From NCBI RefSeq assembly GCF_018350175.1, contig NC_058381.1, forward strand, positions 1,798,001 through 1,862,000: a stretch of 64,000 bases of DNA, given 5' to 3'. Below, piece by piece: positions 39,100-52,800 of the stretch. How positions within the stretch are numbered: position 1 is the stretch's first letter; each line of letters begins with the position of its first letter. The stretch comes from Felis catus. Lineage: Eukaryota. The notes below the pieces were generated by a model. That model ran no database searches. It was given only the letters and a program-made list of their open reading frames with translations, and was not told where the DNA came from. Made by a program: the position numbers and the translations under genes.

Positions 39100-42000
39100 C
39101 ATTTCTGTTAGGTATGGACGTCGGGGTATATACCAGGAGAGGCATTGCTGGCTGATGCAGAAACGATACTTAGCATTTCGAAGAACTGACAGTTTGCACA
39201 GCAGCTGCCCCGTTTGACATGCCCGCCAGCCCTGTGTGCATCGTGACATTCCAACTTCCCCACATCCTCACTGCCTCCGTGCACTTTTAATTTTAGTCTT
39301 CCGAGTGGGCGTGAAGTGGCACCTTCTGTGCTCCCCCCCCCCATTTNNNNNNNNNNNNNNNNNNNNNNNNNNNNNNNNNNNNNNNNNNNNNNNNNNNNNN
39401 NNNNNNNNNNNNNNNNNNNNNNNNNNNNNNNNNNNNNNNNNNNNNNNNNNNNNNNNNNNNNNNNNNNNNNNNNNNNNNTGGGGCTCGCAGAACCCAGAGA
39501 TCAAGCGCTGCATGCTCCAGCGCCTGAGCCAGCCAGGTATCCCCAAATTGTGTTACCTTTTATGATTATGATTATGAGAGAGAGAGAGAGACAGATTGAG
39601 AATCTTAAGCAGACTCTAGGCACAGCGCTGAGCCCAACGCATGGCTCAATCCCACGACCCGGGGATCATGACCTGAGACAATATCAAGAGTTGAACGCTC
39701 AACAGACTGAGCTACCCAGGCATCCCTGGGTTATCTTTTTATTGTTAAATTGTAGGGGTTCTTTTTTATATTCTAGATACTATGCCTTTATCATAGTACA
39801 TGATATGCCTTTATATATGATTTGCAAGTATTTTCTCCTATACTATAGGTTGTCTTTTCACTTCCTTCGTTGGTGTTCTTTGAAACACAAACATTTTAAA
39901 TTTTGATCAAGTCTAGTTTCTCTATTTTTCCTTTGGTTACCTGTGCTTTTGTCGTTCTATCCATGAGACCTTTGCCTAATCTGAGGCAACAGGGATTTCC
40001 ATCTATGTTTTCTACTAAGAGTTTTGTAGTTTCAGTTCTTACATCTGTAGGTCTATGATCCATTTTGAGTTCATCTTTGTACATAATGTGAGGGAAGTAG
40101 GGGCCCAAATTCATTCTTTAAAAAAATTTTTTTTAATGTTTGGACAGAGTGTGAGCAGGTGGAGGGGCAGAGAGACAGGGAGACACAGAATCTGAAGCAG
40201 GCTCCAGGCTCTGAGCCATCAGCACAGAGCCTGACGTGGGGCTCAAACTCATGAACCGTGAGACCATGACCTGAGCCGAAGTCAGAAGCTTAACCGACTG
40301 AGCCACCCAGGCGCCCCCCAAATTCATTCTTTTGCAAGTGGATATCCAGTTGTTCAAGCACTGTTTGTTGAAAAAACTATTCTTTTCTCTTTGGGTGGTC
40401 TTGGCAGCTTTATCAAAAATCAAATGACCATAGGGATGCCTGGATGGCTCAATCGGTTGAGATTCCGACTCAGGCTCAGGTCATGATATCGCGGCTGACA
40501 AGTTCAAGCTCCACATGAGGCTTTGTGCTGACAATTCAGAACCTGGAGCCTGCTTCTGATTCTGTGTCTCCCTCTCTCTCTGCCCCTCCCGCACTCACGC
40601 TCTGTCTCTCTCTGTCTCAAAACTAAATATAAACATTAAAAAAAAAAATCAAATGACCATGGTATACAATCTGTTTTGTATGTGTTTTGCTAGTATTTTG
40701 TTAAAGATCTTTTTTACCTGTATTCATATAATGTATTGTTCTGTAGTTTCTTGTTTTTTCTTGTAGTATTTTTGGTATCAGGGTAATCCTGGCCTCATCT
40801 AGGGAAGTGTTCCCTCCTTTTCTATTTTTAAGAGTTTCTGAAGTATTGACATTTTCTTTATTTTTTTAATGTTTATTCATTTTTTGAGAGACAGAGACAG
40901 AGTGTGAGTGGGGGAGGGGCAGAGAGAGAGGGAGACACAGAATCCCAAGCAGGCTCCAGGCTCCCAGCTGTCAGCACAGAGCCCGATGCGGGGTTCGAAC
41001 TCACAAACTGTGAGATCATGACCTGAGCTAAAGTTGGCCACTTAACTGAGCNNNNNNNNNNNNNNNNNNNNNNNNNNNNNNNNNNNNNNNNNNNNNNNNN
41101 NNNNNNNNNNNNNNNNNNNNNNNNNNNNNNNNNNNNNNNNNNNNNNNNNNNNNNNNNNNNNNNNNNNNNNNNNNNNNNNNNNNNNNNNNNNNNNNNNNNN
41201 NNNNNAACAGGGGAGGGTCAGAGAGAGGGAGACACAGAATCTGAAACAGGCTCCAGGCTCTGAGCTGTCAGCACAGAGCCTGACGCGGGGCTTGAACTCA
41301 CGGACCGCGAGATCATGACCTGAGCCGAAGTCGGCCGCTTAACCGACTGAGCCACCCAGGTCCCCCCCCATAATTTTTCTTTAAGTGTTTGGTAGAATGC
41401 ATCAGTGAAAATATCTGGGCCTGGGCTTTGTGGGAACGTTTTAAATTACTAATCTGGTCTCTTTATTATTATAGGTGTACTCACATTTTCTGTTTATTCT
41501 TGAGTCAGTTTTGGTAGTTTGTGTCTTCCTAGGAATCTTCCATTTCATCTATGTCATCTACGTTGGCCTACAATTGTTGATAGTATTCCCTTATACTCTT
41601 TTTTATTTACATAAGGTTGGTAGAAATGACCCCTCTATCATTCTTGATTTTCGTAATGGGAGTCTTCTTTCTGTCTTGGTCCAGCTATTGGTCGCCAATC
41701 CTGTTGATCTTTTGAAAGAACCGACTTCTGGTTTAATTGTTTCTCTGTATTGTTTGTCTTCTAGTTCCACTCTGATCTTTATTATTTCTTTCCTTCAGCC
41801 TTTTTTTTTTTTAAGTTTTAGCTTGCTCTTTTTATAGTGTCTTAAGGAGGAAGATTCAACTAACGATTTGTGATCTTTCCTCATTTTTAACACAGACATT
41901 TACAGCACATTTCCCATTGAGAACTGCTTATGCTGCGTCCTTAAGTTCTGGTATGCTTTCTTTTCATTTTCACTCATCTCAAAATGTCTGCCCTTTTAGA

Positions 42001-42621
42001 AGTGTGTTGTTTCATTTCCACATTATTTGTGAATTTCTCAAATTCCTTGTTGGTATCGATTTCTAGCTTCATTTCGTTTTAGTTAGAGGATATTCCGTGA
42101 CTTCAATCTTTTTAAATTTACTGAGACTTTTTTGTGACCTCACGTGTGGTCTCTCTTGGAGGATATGATACGTGCACTTGAGAAGAATGTGTATTCTGCC
42201 ATTATCGTGTGGAGGGGTCTTCCCGTGAATTTGCCATACTCTTCTACATACCACAGCCGGGGCTGGTTTCTGAATTGAAAGACTGATCTAAATAATCCCC
42301 TGCTTAAAACGAACTCTGGAGATAAAGTCCTATCTCTAGAAGATAGCTTGTAAGGACCTTCTTGAACTTGCTCCTGAACACCTTTCCAAAATCCCATCTC
42401 CTCTTTAATTTTTAATTTTTTTTAATGTTTATTTATTTTTGACAGAGAGACAGAGACATAGCATGAGCGGAGGAGGGGCAGAGAGAGGGGGAGACACAGG
42501 ATCCAAAGCAGGCTCCAAGCTGTCAGCACAGAGCCCAATGCGGGGCTTGAACTCACGGACCGCGAGATCATGGCCTGAGCCGTAGGTGCATGCTCAACCG
42601 ATTGAGCCAGCTGGGTGCCCC
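39100..42621 (-). mobile_element. Antisense L1 remnant interrupted by SINEs and two N gaps (39347-39478, 41052-41205)
   Basis: - strand translations resemble L1 ORF2 (IFDKAAKTTQREKNSFFNKQCLNNWISTCKRMNL; AEYTFFSSA); SINEs at about 40123-40318(-), 40433-40648(+, TSD AAAAATCAAATGACCAT), 40853-41051(-), 41206-41368(-), 42405-42621(-). Confidence 0.85.
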
Positions 42622-42789
42622 TTAATTTTTATTGTAGTAAAATATAAGTAACATGACATAAAAGTTAACATTTGAACCGTTCTTGTCTGACTCAGTAGTA
42701 TTAAATACATTTACACTAGCGGGCAACCTCTCTTTTATTTTTGACTCTGGGCTCTAGCCATCTGAACCATTTCTAGTGCTGATACGTTC

Positions 42790-42998
42790 ATTTAACAAAA
42801 AGCTATTCAGTGTCTACTAGGTGATAGGCACTGTTAAAGGCACTGGAGGCACACCAGAGAATGAAACGGACAGAAATTCCTTGCCCCATGCAACTTACTT
42901 TTCTCGATAGAGACAAAATAAAACAAATGAGTACAATATACAGCATATTAGATAGTGAATCATATTAAGGAAAAAAAAAAGCAGGGAAGGGAAACAGG

Positions 42999-43047
<49 letters not shown>

Positions 43048-43960
43048 GAAGAGACATTTGAGTAAAGTCCAGAAGAAAGTAAGGAGGGAAGTCATTTCTC
43101 TATTTGGGGGGAAAGCATTCTGGACAGAGAGAATAAGTACAAAGATCTCGGGGCAGGATCATGCCTGAAATAGTGAAAATGGAAGAGGTCAATTTGGCTA
43201 GCACACAGTCAGATCATGTAGGGCCTTTACAAAGCTCTTCATCATTCTCACCTGAAAATAGGATTCAGAAAATACCCTGCTCAAATTAAAATTTATTTTT
43301 TCATCTGAGTGGAATAGGAACCCATTGGAAGGTTTTGAGTGGGGAAGTGACATGAGAATGGGATCTATGTTTAAGGGATCACTTTGGTTGCTCTATTGAA
43401 AACACACAATGAAGGGGGGCGCTGGAAGGCTCAGTCCGTTAAGCATCCAACTTTGGCTCAGGTCAGATCTTATGGTTTGTGAGTTCGAGCCCCACATGGG
43501 GCAACCTGCTATCAGCCCAGAGCTTGCTTTGGATCCTCTGTCCCCCTCTCTCTCTGCCCCTCCCTGCTCGCTCTCTCTCTCTCTCTCAAAAATAAACATT
43601 AAAAATTTAAAAAAAGAAAAAAAGAGAAAACACGCAATAGGGACACCGAATGTGGGACAGAGAGACAACTTGGAGGCTCTTAGGATAACCCAGGTCCTAG
43701 ACAGAAAGTTGGACTTGACAAGGGTGAGTGTGGAATGCTCAGAATCTGACAGATTAGATGCGAGTATGATGAAAGGGAAACAGGAGAGTCAGGGCGACTA
43801 CAAGTTTTTGGTTTTAGGACCTGGAAGAATGGAATGGTCATTCACTGAGCAAGGAAAGACGGTGAAGGGACTATTTGGGGGAGGGAAGGGTAGTAGAAGC
43901 TCCGTTTTGGACACGTTAGGTTTGTTATTTCTCGTAGGGATGCAGCCAAAGATGGCTAAC
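42790..43960. mobile_element. L2-like remnants with (TG)n 43001-43046 and SINE 43414-43623(+)
   Basis: TTCATTTAACAAAAAGCTATTCAGTGTCTACTA and GAAGGTTTTGAG…ATCACTTTGG are L2-like. Confidence 0.65.
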
Positions 43961-44738
43961 AAGTCGGTGTGTATAGACGATTCTGGGGTGCAGCGGGGAA
44001 AGTGGGCCGGGCTCACGACTGGAGACTTCCCAGTGTGTGAAATCCGCCACGCTCACTATTGTTGCGGGAGTGACCGAGGAGTCTTTTAAAACCTACGTTA
44101 TTCAGCTGAGCGCCCGCTCGGTCGTGAGGCCTGACGCACAGGTTTTAGGCTCTCGATGGTGACAGGGGAGGGTGCCGTTTATTCCCAGCGACGGGGAACG
44201 CGGGGAGAGGCGCCGTCCGGGAGGAGGCGCCTGGATCCGTGTTGGACGTGTTGCATCTGCGGGGTCTGCGGGCGCGTCCAGGAAGGAGCTGGCGGCGCGG
44301 GGGCCGGAGCTCGGCGCACAGGTCTGGGCCGGAGGCTTGGCACGCCGTTGGCGACTGCGGCCTTGGGAGCGGTTGAGACGGGGCCCCGGGGGAGCGTGAG
44401 TCTCCCGGCTGCCGGGAACAGGGATGACACATCTTTCCACATCCATTGTTTTCGATTTCCCTTAAGCGCCTGCCGTCACCGCACAAGACGCCCTACATCC
44501 ACGGCTACCAAAGAATGCTTTTATTCCCTACAGCTCCTCCCCGCCGCGTCCCGCGACCGCGGAGAGACGGAGGGGCTCGGCACCCACCCACCCCGCCGGG
44601 GGGCGGGCCTTCCAGACGTGGCGTCATACGTGGGCGTGGCCGAGGCCGCGGCGGCCCCGCCCCTGGCCGGGCCCGGATGGGCGGCGGGCCTAACGCGGGG
44701 CGCCCTCTCCACGTGGCGGGTCCCGACCGCGGCGGGCG

Positions 44739-46068
<1,330 letters not shown>

Positions 46069-46169
46069 GGCTGGGGCAGGGACCACCGCCCCCTCGCTAG
46101 CCCCAAACCAGTACCTGTCCCTCGGCCTCCTGGAGGCGAGAGAAGTCCGAGGTGCCCTGAGGTGCTAAG

Positions 46170-46217
46170 GGTTAATAATTAACCTACTAAGTCCCCTTCC
46201 CCTGTGCCCTTTGCTCC
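46170..46217. promoter_or_regulatory. HNF1 palindrome plus HNF4-type DR1 in the GLTPD2 proximal promoter
   Basis: GGTTAATAATTAACC 46170-46184; TGCCCTTTGCTCC 46205-46217 (GGAGCA-A-AGGGCA on -). Confidence 0.75.
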
Positions 46218-46665
46218 AGAGGACAGCATCTCTGCGGTGCAAAGCCGATGACTAGGATTTGGGGGATTCCCTAGCAACAAGTCTCTGCGTTTGCCTTCCG
46301 TGTAGGCCAGGTTGTAGTAAGAGAGGCTGGGCTGGGAACGACGCCCCCAATGAGCAATGATGTGGGCCCTACATCAGCACTGGCCCGAATCCCCACCACT
46401 GCACATTCGAATCTGAGGGTTAAATGATAATGTACGTGCAAACACTGTAGGTGGAAAAACTTACCACAATTGCTTCATAAATCATAACCTATGAAGTTCA
46501 AATGTAGGGCACCTGGGATCCCGGAAGCACCCACTTCTAAATTCTCTATCCTATCTCCAGGGGACCTGTCTTCTGGGTGCTTTATACTTTAGGCTTTATC
46601 CGGTTGCATTTTTGTGGCTTATTATTTTCTTTTAACTCCAGGTTGGTTCTGGTTTTGCTGGTTAT

Positions 46666-46667
<2 letters not shown>

Positions 46668-46706
<39 letters not shown>

Positions 46707-46800
46707 TTTTTAAAAAGTAATCTCTATGCCCAACATGGGACTTGAACTCATGACCCCAAGATCAAAAGTCGCACTCTACAGACTGAGCCAGCCAAGCACG
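46668..46800 (-). repeat. (TG)n plus short tRNA-derived SINE
   Basis: (TG)n 46668-46703; SINE-like 46705-46800. Confidence 0.8.
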
Positions 46801-47884
46801 CACCACATCACACCACACCCACCCCCTGCCCCTTATTCTTCAAAACAAACCTTGTGAACTATTTCCACATCCAGGCCCTGTAGTAGGCCTCAAAAAGACA
46901 AAAGTGCCTTCACAGAGCTCAAGATCCATTGGAAAATTTATCATCTGTTTCCTTGATTTTCTTGGCTGCTGTTCTATTTACAGCACTGAGAATATTGCCT
47001 GGGCCAAAACCACATTATTGGTATATAAATATATATTGAATAAACACAGGAAAGCGTGAAGGACAGGCACATTGGGTGGTGACCTCATGACAAATCAGAG
47101 CCATTTTTTTCCCCCCAAGTTAGGAGTCTGCCTAGTGGTCATGGCGGGGACAACATTCAGGGAAAGGACACAGGAAGCAAGGGAAGAAACAGCCCCCCCC
47201 CCCCCCCCCCCGTTCTTAGGGGCTCTCAATCCCCTGTCCGTAAAAGTTCTTGGAATTGTTCCTGTCTGTGTATTTTCTTCTCAGGGGAAGGGGGACCCCA
47301 GATTCTCTGGGAGTCTGGGCCCCAATCACTAACAAGATCCTTTCTAGCTACCACAGTTCATGGATTCTTGCCCTATCTCTCCCTCGAATGCTCCCCCAAA
47401 TCCTGGAGGTCAGGAGAACCCCCACCCAGCATTTCAGAGTCATTGCTTCCAACCCTAGACATGGGCTCCCCGCTTCCCAGTGTTGGAATGTTCCCCAGCT
47501 TGCTGACTGTGACCTTAGGCAAGTTGCTTGTCATTTCCAAACCCCATTTTGCTCATCTGTGAATAAGAAGGGTCATTCGCACCTCCTTAAAAGGGTTGTA
47601 AGGATTAACACACGCCTGCAAAACGCTGACCACAATTCGTGGCCTATAGTAGATGCTCTGTAGGTGGTGGTTAACTCAGCTGGTCCGCTCTCTCTGCCCC
47701 TCCTCCTCCGGAGAGGGGAGCCTCCGTCTCCCAGAGCAGAGAGTGGAGTCTGCAGGGTTCTGGGAGCAGATTAGTTTCGGGTGTCACTTAATCCGGGAGG
47801 CCCTTCCGTAACCGGAGACTTCACAGGGGCAGAGGTAGTATAAATCTGCATAAGGGGCCCAGCCCGGCTCTCAGAGGCTGCAGG

Positions 47885-48888
47885 ATGGACAAGGGTGCCT
47901 CAGCCAAGCTGCTGCTGCTGCTGCTGCCGTGGGCCACCTGCTACGGACATGCAACAGCCGACCACCTGAGCGGCTACACGTCGGTCATCGAGGTGACCAA
48001 CGGGGGACCCTGGGGCGACTGGGCCTGGCCTGAGATGTGTCCCGATGGATTCTTCGCCAGCGGGTTCTCGCTCAAGGTGGGGATTCAGGCTGAGATCTCT
48101 GAGGAGGGGGAAGATGCACATCCCCTCACCTCCCCACCCGCTGCCGGGGAACAGAGGATGGCAGTCTTTTAACAGGTCCTTGCCCTTCTTCTCCTCCCCA
48201 CCCAGGTGGAGCCCCCCCAAGGCATTCCTGGCGACGACACTGCTTTGAACGGGATCCGACTGCACTGCTCACGCGGGAACGCGGAGCGCAACACGCAGGT
48301 GGTGGAGTCCCAGTCCGGCAGGTGCGGGACGCGGGCCAAGGGCCCCCGAGAATGGGGATACGGCCTTCCCCTGCGTTACACACACACACACTCTCCGGGC
48401 TAGAATGTCCCCCCGGGGCTGTGTGGCAGTGTCGACCTGGGGACTGGGTGGAAGACCTCCCTGGTCAGGTGACCACACCAAACGCACCCCGGGGCGCGTA
48501 GCAACTGGCGACAAGTCCCCCGTCCCCGGGGCTGGGCTGGGAAGGGGGCGGGGCAACCGCGGAAGCATCGCTTCTCCCCCGCCCTCGTAGGTGGGGCGCG
48601 TGGAGTGAGCCACAGTGGTGTCCCGGCGGTGGCTTCCTCGTGGCTTTCTCGCTTCGCGTGGAGGCACCCATGGCCCCCGGGGACAACACGGCGGCCAACA
48701 ACGTACGCTTCCGCTGCTCCGACGGCACGGAGCTGGAGGGGCCCGGCCTGGCCTGGGGCGACTTTGGAGAATGGAGTAAGGCCTGCCCCAAAGGCGTGTG
48801 CGGTTTGCAGACCAAGGTCGAGCGGCCGAGGGGCCTCCGAGACGACACCGCCCTGAACGACGTGCGTTTTTTCTGCTGTCGGAGTTGA
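47885..48888 (+). CDS. VMO1: Vitelline membrane outer layer 1 homolog, 201 aa, 3 exons
   Basis: Exons 47885-48076, 48206-48321, 48591-48888 (606 nt); signal peptide; three beta-prism repeats (WGDW/WGAW/WGDF ... DDTALN/DNTAAN/DDTALN); TATAAA 47839-47844; ATTAAA 48927-48932. Confidence 0.96.
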
Positions 48889-49877
48889 CCAGGTCGCCCG
48901 CCCCGAAGCTAGTCCCACCTCTCGCTATTAAAGCTTCTCTGTCTTGGCTTTGGTCTCCTTTGTTTCAGGGGTGGAGGAAACTGCGTCCTAGTCTTCCTCC
49001 CAGCCCACCACTGGGCCAGGCCCAAATTCGGGTTCGGCCTGGGGAGTCCAGGCAGGCCGCTGAAAGTCACGGACCCACACAACCCAGGAAAATGCCCTTA
49101 AACACAATTTTGCGTGCAATTAAGGAAGTCCTGTCTTCCTGAGGGCGTCTGCACACACATCGCCCTGGTTAAGAGCCCAGACTGTTTCCTTTCTGAAGCA
49201 CCGGTGACCTCAGATTAAGACACTTCCGCCAAACTGGGTTCTACCAAACGCTATGACACCTCGAGTTTTCATTTTCTAGGGCTTACTCTAGCTTGTCTTT
49301 TCCACATTCTCCTTCTTTTCCCTACAAAAGTCAAAGAGTGGCTTTTGATGTCGGGATTTCCAAGTTAGGACCGTCACGCTTGCTTCTCTCTTGCCGGAAC
49401 CCCCTGGCTATCCGGACGGTTAGGCCGTTCACCAAATTTCCGCTTCAAATTTCACTTTCTCGGACTTCATCTTATTTTAAAAAGTCCCTCCCTCAGCCAC
49501 TACCTAGCCCATTACCGGCGTGTTTTTTAAAAAGGGAAGTCATCTATTGCCTTTGAAAAAACGTGCCCATCTCACTCCCCTGGAATGTGAAATTCTTTGA
49601 GCGCCTAGAACGTGCCTGTCTTGCTTACCACCGTATTCGGGGGCACGCCAACGGCTCAGTAACTACGTGTTAAGAAAACTTGCGGGGGCCCACAGAGGAG
49701 CGCCCCGAGGTCAGGCATGTCTGGAGGCCCTGGGACGTCCCCCCCCACCCACCCCCCGACCCCCCCCAGCGCAGAGGGCGCAACCTGAGACGCGCACGCG
49801 CACGAAAGCTCAGAGGTTTATTCCAGGGCGGGGAGGGCCGGCGGCGTCCGGGAGCGAGCAGGGCGGCGGGTGGGGCC

Positions 49878-52800
49878 TCAGCGAGGGGCGCCCTGCGGGA
49901 AAGACGAGGTGAGGACGCGGCCAGGGAGCCAGGAGGTCCTCGCCCCGGCTCCCCCCCGCGCCGCCCCACCTCCTTCTTCCTGCAGTCGCCGCAGAAGACG
50001 CCGAGGCTGGCGTTCACCAGCTGCACCCCGCACAGTACCAGCTCCAGGCACGACGCGAACACCAGCAGCGAGAAGAGCGTCACGTTCCAGTACACCACGC
50101 GGGGCGGTTCCTCGCACGCGTCCCACAGCGTGCGGTTGCGCAAGTAGGAGCCTCTGCGGGCGGGGCAGGGTCACGTGAGAGAGCGAGGGCACGTGGAGGG
50201 CCCTCCCCCCAGCCCCGGCCCCGCGCAGGCGCCGAGCGGGGGTGGGGGGGCGGCAGGCTCCTCGGTCCCTGCCGGGGTTCCCGATGCGGGTGGCAAAGGC
50301 GGGCGACGAGGGGCGGCGGGGGCGGGCGACGAGGGGCGGCGGGGGCGGGCGACGAGGGGCGGCGGGGGCGGGCGACGAGGGGCGACGAGGGGCGGCGGGG
50401 GCGGGCGGCGAGGGGCGGCGGGGGCGGGCGGCGAGGGGCGGCTGGGGCGCGCGAAGCCTTACGGGACGTCTTTGAAGTGGTAGTCCCACTGGCCGTTTAT
50501 TAAGCATTTGGGTCCGGTTCGGAGCCCGACTCCCGACACCGAGAGGCAGTAGATGGCGCCCAGCGTCCCGAAGGCCGAGGAGAAGACGGAGCGCAGCATC
50601 TGGATGCGGGGTGCGCGGCGCGGTGAGCGGGGCCGCGCCCGCCCCGCCGGTGCGCGCACCTTCCCTCGCCCGGCTCGAGGCTCGCGGAGAATCCGTCTCC
50701 CGGCGAGGCCCGGGGCTCGGCCTTAGCTGACCCCGCGGGCCCGCGGCCGCCGACGTCCCCGGGGCTCGCGGTCCCCACCGCAGGCCCACCGAGGCCGAAG
50801 TTGGCGGGGCGACGGAGGGGCGCGGTGGCGCCCGGGACTCCGCAGGGGAGCTCCTGTGGCTCGGGGGGGGGGGGCCGTGGCCTCAGGCCACCAAGACCTG
50901 TGCAGAGACCGAACCCCGAATCCCCCCCTGATTTGGATCTTACCCTGCAACGATTTCCACAGCAGCCCGCGCCGCAGCAGCCCTTGCCCCCTGCGCGGAC
51001 GGCGGCGATGCCGGGACACAGCACCTGTGGAGGAAGGACAGTGTGGCAGCGAGTCCCCGCCCGCCCGTTCTCAGCACCTTCCTGCCTCGGCGCTCACCTC
51101 CTCCTGGGGGGGCTTAGGATGCCCTCAGCCCTTCGGACTGTAGGAAGACCTTCTCTCTACTGCCCCTGCAGTGCATTGGGGCTCTTCCTCAATTTATCAT
51201 TATTTACGTGTCTACTTATCCGTGTTCACATGGCCTCCACGAGGTAAGGCCCCATATCATGATGTCCTCTGCAAACCTTGACACACAGCAGGGGCCCTCC
51301 TGAACCGGAGTCAGGGGGCTTGGGGTTCATGCCAACACCCTCCATGAATTGATTCATCTCTCGGTCTTCCAGACCCACCTCACAGGGCTGTTCTCAGGCT
51401 TTATTTAAAAAAAAAAGTTTTTGGGTGGGAGGGAGGGGTGGGTGGGTGATGGGTATTGAGGGGGGCACCTGTTGGGATGAGCACTGGGTGTTGTAGGGAA
51501 ACCAATGCGACAATAAATTTCATAATAAAAAATATTAAAAAATGTTTTTAATGTTTGTTTTTGAAAGAGAGAGAGTGCGAGCAGGGAGGGGGCAGAGAGA
51601 GAGACACAGAATCGGAAGCAGGCTCCAAGCTCTGAGCTGTCAGCGCAGAGCCCGACGTGGGGCTCGAACTCACGGACCGCGAGATCATGACCTGAGCCAA
51701 AGTCTGCCGCTTCACTGGCTGAGCCACCCAGGTGTCCCGTCAGGATTTATTAATGAAAGAACAGGTCCGCCTGATGTCAAGACTGGCTCAGAGTAAACGG
51801 TCACAATGACCAGAAGTCCCCTGAGCAGCAGGAAGGAATCGTGGTGTTGGAGGGTCTGGCGAGCTGGGATTATGGGGAAGGTGGAGGAGAGCGTTAGCGA
51901 ATGCTCTGGTAGGAAGTGTAGGGCTCCCCAACATACCGCCCTGGCCTTTTCTGTCTTCCTGTCTCCCTGTGGCCTTCGTCACAGACCCCGTCCCCTCTCA
52001 GGGTGTCACCTGTCGCCTGGAACAGTACCCACCTCCAGTGCTCAAGGATACATTCATGTCAGTGTCTAGGTTTTAGCTCACCCCAGCCAGCCTGCTACTG
52101 ACCTCACGATTTCCCCCCCCCCAGGTTCCCCCAGTTCGCCTCCCTGTGACTTTTTGTTCATTTCCATCGGTGGAAATATTCTGTAGGTCACCCAGGCTGA
52201 TCAGCTTGAATCCTCCACACCCAGCCAGACCTCAAGTCTTCTCGCCTTGTCCTTTAATGGTTCTTGAATCTGTCCCGTCTGTTCTTTGGTCTGCGGGATC
52301 AGTCCCCAGCCCCCTCCCTCGAGGATGATGTTCTCAGCCCCTCTGCCAGGTTTCCATACGTCTCGTGCCTCCACATTGCCGTGCACTCCGCCGTAATGTT
52401 GCTACCCCCGGAGTAAACGCCTCTCCACGGGTCTTGGCTCAGATCCCTCAGGGTCTCCTCAGAGAGTAGCCCATCGAGGCTGAGCTCTAGAAGGCATTCG
52501 AGGCTTCTCGCTTTGGCTCTAGCCTTATCTTGTTGCACCAGGCCAAGTTCTTTGCCCAGCGCCCATCTCTGGAATTTCACAGCTGTCTGGATCTGTGCCT
52601 TGCGTGAACCAGCGTTGCGTTCCTCTCTCGGGGAGGGGCTGAGAGTTCAAGTTCTGTTGTCTCATCCGTAGGGACCTCATAGAAACACTCGCAGAATTGG
52701 ATGGGCTTCCTGCCAGGTGCTTCCTCTCTCCCCCTCCTAGGCTCTTGGCAAGTCTAGGGCCGGCGCTGGCCTCTTGGCTTAGCCTCTCTGGGTAGGACAC

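Noticed and set aside
50298-50449. Regular direct repeats as a CRISPR-like array
   Set aside because: Tandem units without unique spacers in mammalian DNA; a minisatellite
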